From Macrostomum lignano (taxonomy: Eukaryota), in the NCBI GenBank assembly GCA_002269645.1, contig NIVC01004007.1:925-64924 (forward strand): a stretch of DNA of 64,000 bases, read 5' to 3'. Within the stretch, counting starts at the first letter, position 1, and each line of letters begins with the position of its first letter. Under the pieces are notes generated by a model. The model saw only the letters and a program-made list of their open reading frames with translations. It searched no databases and was not told where the DNA came from. The position numbers and the translations under genes were made by a program. Positions 38,470-47,800 of this stretch are shown piece after piece.

Positions 38470-38735
38470 CGATAGACAGACAGACAAGACAGATAGATAA
38501 ACAGACAGACAGACAGACACTAAGAGGACAGACAGACAGACAGACACACACACAGACAGACAGACAGACACACACACAGACAGACAGACAGACAGACAGA
38601 CACACACACAGACAGACAGACAGACAGACCGATGGGAGACAAACAGACACATAGACAGACAGACAGACTGATGGCAGACAAACAAACAGACAGACAGACA
38701 GACAGACAACAGACAGACAGACAGACAGACAGTCC

Positions 38736-38766
<31 letters not shown>

Positions 38767-38791
38767 CAGACAGACAGACAGACAGACACTA

Positions 38792-38828
<37 letters not shown>

Positions 38829-38831
38829 CTA

Positions 38832-38866
<35 letters not shown>

Positions 38867-38867
38867 A

Positions 38868-38898
<31 letters not shown>

Positions 38899-41800
38899 GA
38901 CACAAAATCAAGAATAAACAACTCACGGTCTGCTGTCGGTTCCGCTCAGCCCTGGCCGTCAGAATACTCCTAGCATCGATAACAGCCATGTAGCAACGGA
39001 GTCGCACGCCGTCAAAAGCAACAAAGACTGTGCCTGGCGACCGGTTAGACGAGCCCAACACGGAAGTTGGCAGCAGCGCGGGCAGCCAGGCCATGTGGGT
39101 GAAGGCGGTTGGCAGGGCTGAGTTCACCCTGGCCAGTTCCGTCATGCCGCCGCTGCTAGACAACGGGCCAACTGATTCAACTCGCCACAGGATCAACTCG
39201 GAATTGAAATCCGACCCAGATTGCGAGTCGGCCGCGTCCTGCTGTTGATGCTGGAACTCGTGCTGTGAACTAGTCAGCACCAGCGGCAGCACCGGGTGAC
39301 ACTGGACATTGTTAGTGCGGAACCGGTGACCGCTCATGCGATCAACGTGGCTAATGCTCACAACAGTCTGATAGCTGGAGTTCTCAGCAAAGTTGATCTG
39401 CCACAGGTTTAGCGAACCATTTCGGTGCTTGGATAGTATCATTGCGCAGGGCAGGATCAGGCCGCCACCGCGGCTCTTGCCGCCTCCGCCTCCGCCCCCG
39501 CTGCCGCTTTTCCACATGTTGCCGACTGATGTTGATAGCGATTCGCCTGCGGTTGGTTGTTGATTGACAAATCAGACGACTGAACCCGAGGAGAAGCTAA
39601 GAAACAACTCTGTAGATCTCAAATAAATATTCTCAGGAGGCTTGCGGGCACTCCGGCAAATAGAGCGCTGAGGGCAACTCCGCCCATTCCAAGGACTTCT
39701 GAGCACAAAACAAGCGCGTCAATACTGTAAGCAGACACGCAGTCATGCACACGATCACACAGGGTGTACAGCGGTTCTGGCTTTCTCTGTACATGTACTA
39801 TGGGGTAGAATCGAACCAGGGGTCGTGGCGCGTTGAGTCAGGCGTTGCCTGCTTTGCCCCGTGAATCTTCTAGAAGATCTCAGATTAAACAAAGCAGAAG
39901 ACTAAGCTTTTGAAAGCTAAAGAACATTAAAAATAAATCAAAGCCGACTCACCAAGCTGCTGCTGCTGTTGCAGTTGCTGTCTGGCCGCTGGAATACCGC
40001 CCCACACGTCGGCATCCTCGCCGTATAGAATAAGATGAGACGACATCGAGATAGCGTCGCCAACTGGGAAAGCGCGCGGAATGCTAGACGAGAAGCTGAC
40101 ATGGGCCTGGCGATAGCAGCCAGACGATCGCTCGTCGATCCATTCAACCATCCACACAAGGAAGCTGCCATCGTACGGGTGGATGGCGAACAGCATGTCC
40201 GGGCACTGGTACCAGCGGTCTAGTGCATCGTCGAGGCTTGCCGGCTTCGTTGAAGCGCCGCCGTCTCCTTCGTCTTCGGCATCGTCGGCAGCCGAATTTT
40301 GCCTTTGTTGCTGCTGACGCGACGATCGCTTAGTGAAGTGCAAGAATTTGTTATTCAGCCAGTGCATTACAAAACCAGTGCCGCCGCCGCCGCCGCTTCC
40401 GCGCAGGTGTCGGCCAAAAGACGGCATCAGCGGTATGTCAGTCTCCGGATTAACGCTGGCCACCAGGTTGAACCGAACGCTTGGCAGCGGCGACCGGCTG
40501 TGTCCGACGCCGCCAGAGCCCAGCTGACGATTGCAGCCGAATTCGTGCGGCCAGCCCATGTTGAGACCGCCTGTGCGGCGCGACCAGGCGTTTGACGTGC
40601 CTGATTAAATGGTTTATATCGGCATACACCCTTAAAATCTCTGCATCTATGCATCAGATTTAAGCAAAACTTTATACACAACTGGATTAATATGGTACAC
40701 AAAGTCAGAGCTAAAATTTCTGCTTTATCGGTTGAATGAAACATACGATAACTTCTGTATAGATAGTTTAGATCATCGGTGTGTTGCACTAAAGGAGGTA
40801 GTTCACTTCGCAAGTGACAATCCCACTCGCTGTCATGTTCGCGTCTTCAATGCATTTCTTGGTGTTCGCCCACCTGGCGCTTTGGGGAAAGAACACCATC
40901 GCAAACATGCTGACCCGAATGTGCGAGGCAGCTGGCGTGACCGTATGCATAGAAGATAATGCATGGCTGTTAGTGTTGTATTAAACATTTATCTCACGTA
41001 AGTTCCTTCCTTTTCTGGGATTTAACCTAATAAATCCCGGAACATGTGGAACAGCTCCTCGGGATTTAAACAAATACAACCCTAAAAGCCATGCATTATC
41101 TTCTACTTAATAAACGAAAAGTAACCTCTGGAGGGTTAATTTACCACATAAAAATTTTAACTTTTTAAAAAGTAAAATTAACATTAATTAACCACTTGAC
41201 ATTTGCCCTCGTCCTCACGACGTTGCGTAAAGTAATGTTTATTTATCTACGAGTGTAAAGTAAATTTACGTTGAATCACTTACTGCGCGGCATTAAATTT
41301 ACCAAAATATACGCAAAATTGCTGACCCTGGTGGGTTAATTTACCTGGGAACATGCAGGTAAACTTTCATCAATTTACTTGACACATGAGCGCAAAGTTT
41401 ACTGCTCGCTGGAAGATATGCGTAAATCGATCTGGATCTCTTCTCATGTGTATACTGTGGTAGGCCGGTCTACCACTGGGGTGAACGACGGCAGGCTTCC
41501 AGTGCGGACAACGGCGGGACGACCAGCTCAACTCCATCGGGTGACGGATTGACGTCATATTTTTCAATTTTTGCTCCCCTGATTGTTCCCCCGGTTGTCC
41601 CCGCTTTTGCTCCCTCGTCTGTTCCTTTTGCTGTTCCCTCCCTTGGCCCCTGTTGTTTTAGTGTTTCCAGTGGCCGGGTTTTCTCGTTTCCCATCGTTGT
41701 CCCTTCCCTTGTCCCATCCTCTGTCCCACCCCTTGGGTCCTCCACGCCAATTTTTTTATATATTTACGTTGTCATTGGAGTCATTTTCTCCTCCTCCTCC

Positions 41801-44800
41801 TCCTCCTCCTCCTCCTCCTAGCTCGCTCGCTCCTCTCCTTTTCATTGTCCGTGTTTAGGTTCGTGTTTTAGTTTGTTTGTTTCTCCGTGGTTTGCTGTTT
41901 GCGTTCATTTTGTTTAGTTCCTAGTTTTACTTTAGTTCTCTCAGCTCGCACTCGGCACGACCGAATCTATCTCGCGTAGTTCTAATATTTAACGACAGTA
42001 ATAATAACGAATAATAATAACTTCTCCAATAACAATAATATTTATTCAGTTGTTCCGAATCGAAGCCTTTTAGTCTCAATTGAGTCATTTGCCCGCGGGG
42101 CGTAAAATAACCGATCAGTCTCAACTCAAAGAAAGCTCTGAGACCCTTAACGTTCCGTAATACGAATTTACGGTGGTGGCAGCGCTACTTTACTACTGAT
42201 AGTAACCAACCGAGCATATCAACAGATCACGAATTTTTACGGTGTCTGAGGACCCAATTTGAACGACCGTGCCGCTAAAGACCGCTCGACTGCGATTACA
42301 ACTACCCTCCCCCCGGAATTGAGGACCCCGGCTGTCGGAGTAAAAGGAGAAGAATTTCGTTGTGATTCGTCTGCGCGATTTTACGGCTTCATTCGTGCGA
42401 ACGCAACGCTAACTGGTTTCGAAGAAACCCCAATCCCCAAGTTTTCAACAAGTTTTATTTTCTTCTCCACCCCCACCTCGTATACCATACACTGCGTTCC
42501 AAGTTATTAAGCAAAGAGAGATAAATTGAATATTTTCAAAATTATTGATCGCAGCGACTTGCTGCTTGTGTCAGGTGTACATCAAGCTAGTACACACTCT
42601 GTGCAGCTCTGCCAATCACTAAACTTCTTGCTAGCACGTGCCAACAAACTTTCATTGCGCAACACGGCTGCTACACTGTTCCAACTTATTATGCAAGCCA
42701 CAGAATTTCCCTGTGTGGTTCTGCAGCTGAATTTCTCTCACAATTTTCTGTGTGTATCAACCATGGGCAAGCGCCAGGATCTCTCCGATAAGGAAAAATC
42801 TCAAATCGGGCAACTTTTGGCAACTGGCCAAACTACTTTGTCTATCTCCAAGCAGCTTGGCAGAGATCATCGTACAGTAAAGAAATTCTTGGCTGATGTC
42901 ACCAAATCAAGGCAGCGGACTCGCAAAACTAGTGTTCGAGGCATTTCGAATCGAAAACTTCGAGAAATCAAAAGAGAAATCCTTAAACATCCATTGGCCA
43001 CCAGCAAGTTCATCTTTGAGCAAGTGGATCTTGGCCATGTGCCAAGAACTACGCGGTGCCGCACTCTTGCATCCATCGCTCAATGCCGCAAGGCTGTCGC
43101 CAAGCCGATGCTGACCTCTCGCCATTGCCAGCTGCGCCTCAGCTGGGCGCAGAAGTATTTGAAGGCTGACTTCAGTTCAGTCATTTTTACAGATGAGACC
43201 AGGGCCACTTTGGATGGGCCTGATGGCTGGGCCAGAGGCTGGATGGTTGGAGACGAGGTGTCAGGGCAGCGCGTGAGGCGTCAGCAAGGCGGTGGAGGCA
43301 TCATGATCTGGGCTGGTATGGTCAACGACACCATCATTGGCCCATTCCGTGTTCCTGATGGCGTCAAGGTCACGGGTGAAGCTTACCGTCAGTTGCTGCA
43401 GCTGAATTTTGTTCCCTGGCTGCGACGCCAGCAAGCAGCTCGCCGAAAGAAGCTGACTTTCATGCAGGACAATGCTCCCTCCCATGCTGCGAAGCTGACG
43501 ACCAATTTCTTGAATGACCTCGGGTTCAAGGACGACAAGCTGATGGATTGGCCTTCGAATTCTCCGGATTTGAATCCAATTGAAAATCTTTGGAGCATTT
43601 TGAAGCGTAGCTTGTACAGCAATGGTAAGCAGTATCATTCCAAGCATGATCTGTGGGCTGCTGTGCAAGCTGAAGTGTCCAAGATACCTAAATCACATGT
43701 AAAGAAGCTGACATCATCGATGGACAGTCGCTTGGTAAAAATATTGCAAGTAAGGGTGCCCGCATTAACTATTAATTGTGTGTTGCTGCTTGGGAGACTA
43801 AATTCTCCGATTTTCAATCAATATTTCATGCTGACGATGTTTTATTCCTAGTTGCATAATTATCTGGAACAGCAGAAAAGTCAATTTTTGATTATCATTT
43901 TGAAAATACGCCTTCAATTTCATTCAGTTTTGGTGGTTAGTCTTATTGTTACGAAATACATTTCTTGCTAAAAAATTATGACTTTTGCTGCTTCATGAAA
44001 AAATTATAAAAAAAACTGATTTGCATAATAAGTTGGAACACAGTGTAGTGTGAATGCATGCTATACTTTCATAAAAATAAACGGCGTTTAATTGCCCGTA
44101 AGTGTGCCCCTTCACGGGGTGACGTTTACGGTTGTTAATGACCGGTCGGGCACCGCTCCTTTGCGCTCTCCCCCCTGCTCTGGCCGCTTTGTCCTCCGTG
44201 CATACTCTCTCCCCCCGTCGCGCCCCTCCCCCTCCGTCTCTCTGCCCCGCGCGCACCCACCCCCATTCTGGTTTTAAAGGCTGCTCGCGTGTGTTTGACT
44301 CGCATTGTCTGTTTGCGCGAGTTGATTTTTCTTTTTATCTTCTTTTATCCTGATTGCAAGTCGCGCCGCTTGTCTATAAGGTTATTGCCGCTCGCTTGTT
44401 TAACTCGGTCGAAATAAATCGTTTTATTGTCCCGCGTCTATGGGGCTCTTTTTGCTCGTCTGCGTGCCTCGTTCTCCAAGTTCGCGTCTCTCTGACTTCG
44501 TGCTCCGACCGTGGAATTAATTGAATTTTTACCTGTTAGGAGAAAATGGCCAACAATGTTTGTGCCAGTGACCAATATATATGTACAATTAGCCTTTGAC
44601 GCCTTTCGTCTAAAGACGAAAAGTAAATAATTAAGTAAATAATTTGTCAATGGAAATAGGTGTTTTTAATATTTTTGTATGGTTTACAAGTATTTATAAA
44701 CTTATTCTATTCCAATAAGTTTTTCTTCGATTTTTTTTCACGTGTTGGCCGCACATGCACATGCAATGTATTGCCATACTTCTTTTTTGTTATTTGCCTG

Positions 44801-47800
44801 TGCTGGGCCTAAGAACTTTGAAAGTCTGCGACTAATTTGCAATCTCTGCGGCTAATATTTGATTACGCTGACTGCATAAAGTGTGTCTAACTTTTGGGGA
44901 GACAGTTTACTGGTATTTTTGTAAAATAATATGTGAAATGCTTGGTAGTACTCGTATATGTATATGATTTAACTATAAAATACATATATATGTAACTCCA
45001 TTTGACATATAATACTAAGCAACTATGCCAAAGTGACCCTAAGCCTTCCTGCTGTTCGCCGTGGCAGGGGGTAGCCTTTTGGCTGACTGCATGGTGGTGT
45101 ATCCAGTCCCCGAGCGGTCTTTTTTCTTTTTTTCTAAGTTGCGTTTTCCCCGTTTCAGCTATTCTTCTATGGATTCTGAACTTAATTTTGAACTAAACAT
45201 TTGTATACTAAAATTCTGAACTCACGCGGCAACTCACGCGGCCGGGGTCCGATAATCCCTCAACCCTCCAACTCGGAGGCAACTATCCCCGCGGATGCTA
45301 CCCCAAGCGGGGGAAACTCTACTCCCACTGGCGGAGATTTTGGTGATACCATCACGCAACATGATTGCGAGGCTAACGCGTCCCCAGCCCCCATGAGGAC
45401 CCGAAGAGCTCCAAGGGTAGAGGGACAGCCGGCTCCTACGCCAAGACGGCATCTGAGCCCCACCAAGAAATATGTGTCCTTGCGGCTACTGGGTCACTGA
45501 ACGATGCTCAGTTGGAAGGCGCCGTCGCTCTCGGCGGAGTTAAAGTTGAATCCATTAGGTTCAATCCCTTAGGTTTAACCTAAGGGCTACCGGACGAGCG
45601 ACAATCCACCTCCTGGACTCTCCAGAGGGGGACCGCGCTGCGGACACCGGCACCACCGGAACTCCCTGCGCGACACCGCAGCACTAGCTACCCGTGGTGG
45701 CTAGGGGTTAGCGAAATGGGCGGCAACGCCTCCTCGCTGTTTCCGGACGCACGGAGCCCCCTGCAGCTAAGTCTAAGTAATCCATTAGGTTCGCTAATGG
45801 CAATCTCATCCTCGCTTTCCAGAGCGAGGACCAACTGAACACCGCATGTACTAGCAAGACGAAGCTCCCGGAGCTGGTCATTAAGAAAGCTTGCCCGCCG
45901 CCTCCATGTAAGAGGTACAGGGCTTTCTACTCGGGTACCAGAGCGATCGAGAAAATCTGTGGTCGTCTGGTCGCTAAGCATCCCGAGTTGCCCGCAGACG
46001 GCCTTCGGGCCTTCAAGTGCCGGCCAAAGATGGCAACGGGAAAACGCTCTACATGGGCCTCTCCGCCGACTGGGAGCACCACATGCAGAGGACCGGCCAC
46101 GCTGCCTACGGTGGGTCCAATGATGATATTACCTCCTAATCTACACATTGTGCAGATCAACCTGCACCACGCGGTCGCAGCCTCCAGTGGCCTCACCGAC
46201 ACCCTTGAAGCATGCTTAAGCGCAACCTTGGGATTCACTCGGCCGTTTCTATTGGCAACACACACATGTAAGTCGCTATTGGACGGAATAGTAGTCACGT
46301 GACTGCTCTCAGCCAATAGCGACTTACATGTGTGTGTTGCCAATAGAAACGGCCGGGTGATTCCCAAAGTTGCGCATGTATGCCTTGAAGGCACCAGTAT
46401 GGACATTTACCTCATTCAGGAGCCCTACGCCGTGCAAGGTAAGCCTACTTTGTTGCCGAATGGTTACCAGATCCTTTTCCTATCTGAAGGTGAAGCCCTT
46501 AGGGCCATTGAACAAGTGGGGCAACCATATGACAAATTTTCGTTATAGTTGTTGTCTCATCATTTGTTCATAATTCTGCTGCTGCTTTAAATGCCCATCA
46601 CTTTGAGGAGGTGCTGTGAAGTGATTGAAGTCATGTAGATGCTAGATGCTAGATGCTAGATGCTAAGATGCTACTTAGTGATAAGCTACTTAGAAACAGC
46701 AATACACTGGACTAATTTTTGGTTAGCCTTATTTGTTTACTACATTCTTTTCAGTGACTTTCATTGAATGTATTTTAGTAACTGTTGATGGCTGCTACTG
46801 CGTTAGTCTTCGTAGCCTATGGTTGCATAGATTAGATCACATAATTTAGCCTGACTAATGTAGGCGTTTTGGATGTACGTAAAGCGGTTAACTACAATCT
46901 TTCTACTGCTGCATTACAGCTAATGCCGAGCAATGATGTACGTTATTATTCGATAATTGTGGCGAGCAATCGCCTGGAGAGTGTCACACTGTCCCGCATA
47001 GTGCACCCTGCTCCAGCGCCAACTGAAGTGGGCAACAAGGTCCAGGTGGTGCCGGGCCAAGATCGTCACCCCAAAAGTGACTCGCTTCGAGGCCACCATC
47101 ATCTGGAAGGCTTTCGCGACAAGTCGGCCACTAACAGCGTCCTACGGTCGCTTCAGCTCGCCCCCTCCAGCGACGTTGAGCTCCCGACAAGTCGCCAGGG
47201 TACCGGCCTGACCACCTGTGCTGTTCGCGCCAGCATGACCGACGATGCGTCGATTGTTGAACTCAACAGGCAACTTCGTACTAGGATGAGTCCATCGCCG
47301 AGCTCAACGACGACCTTCGCGCCAGAGTTCAGCCTGGCTGCGGTTAAAGCGGCGATCGACCGCTCCACTAAGTCCCGTTTCAATGCAGACTACAGCGCGG
47401 AACCGCACTGCATCACGCACCGCCTGACCACAGGAAACGGCGCCAGACCCAAAAGATTGCTCTCCAGAAAAGACGAGGTCTCTCTCGCTCAACTCCGTAC
47501 CGGCCACTCTCCCCTGCTCCAGCAGTACTGCCACCGCATCGGCCTAGCCGACAGCCCAACGTGCCCGCACTGCGGCGAAGCCGATGGGGACCTGGAGCAT
47601 CTGATCAAGGTATGCCGTTCTCACGAACAAGCCAGAAACCGGCACCTCGGCCAAAAAACCAGAGCTTCCAAGCGCTCAGCGACAGTTGCAGACAGGTGGT
47701 GGACTTCTTGAAGGAGGTCGGGGCACAGACCCGCCCCCGGACTGACTGGCCGGAAACAACAACAACCTTCGCGCCAGCGACGCGTCCATCGCGGAGCTTA

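Noticed and set aside
41370-42130. Possible gag-like remnant on the minus strand
   Set aside because: Low complexity, broken frames and no convincing zinc knuckle
44050-44530. Possible solo LTR or promoter-like CpG-rich segment
   Set aside because: No TG...CA boundaries, TSD or second copy identified
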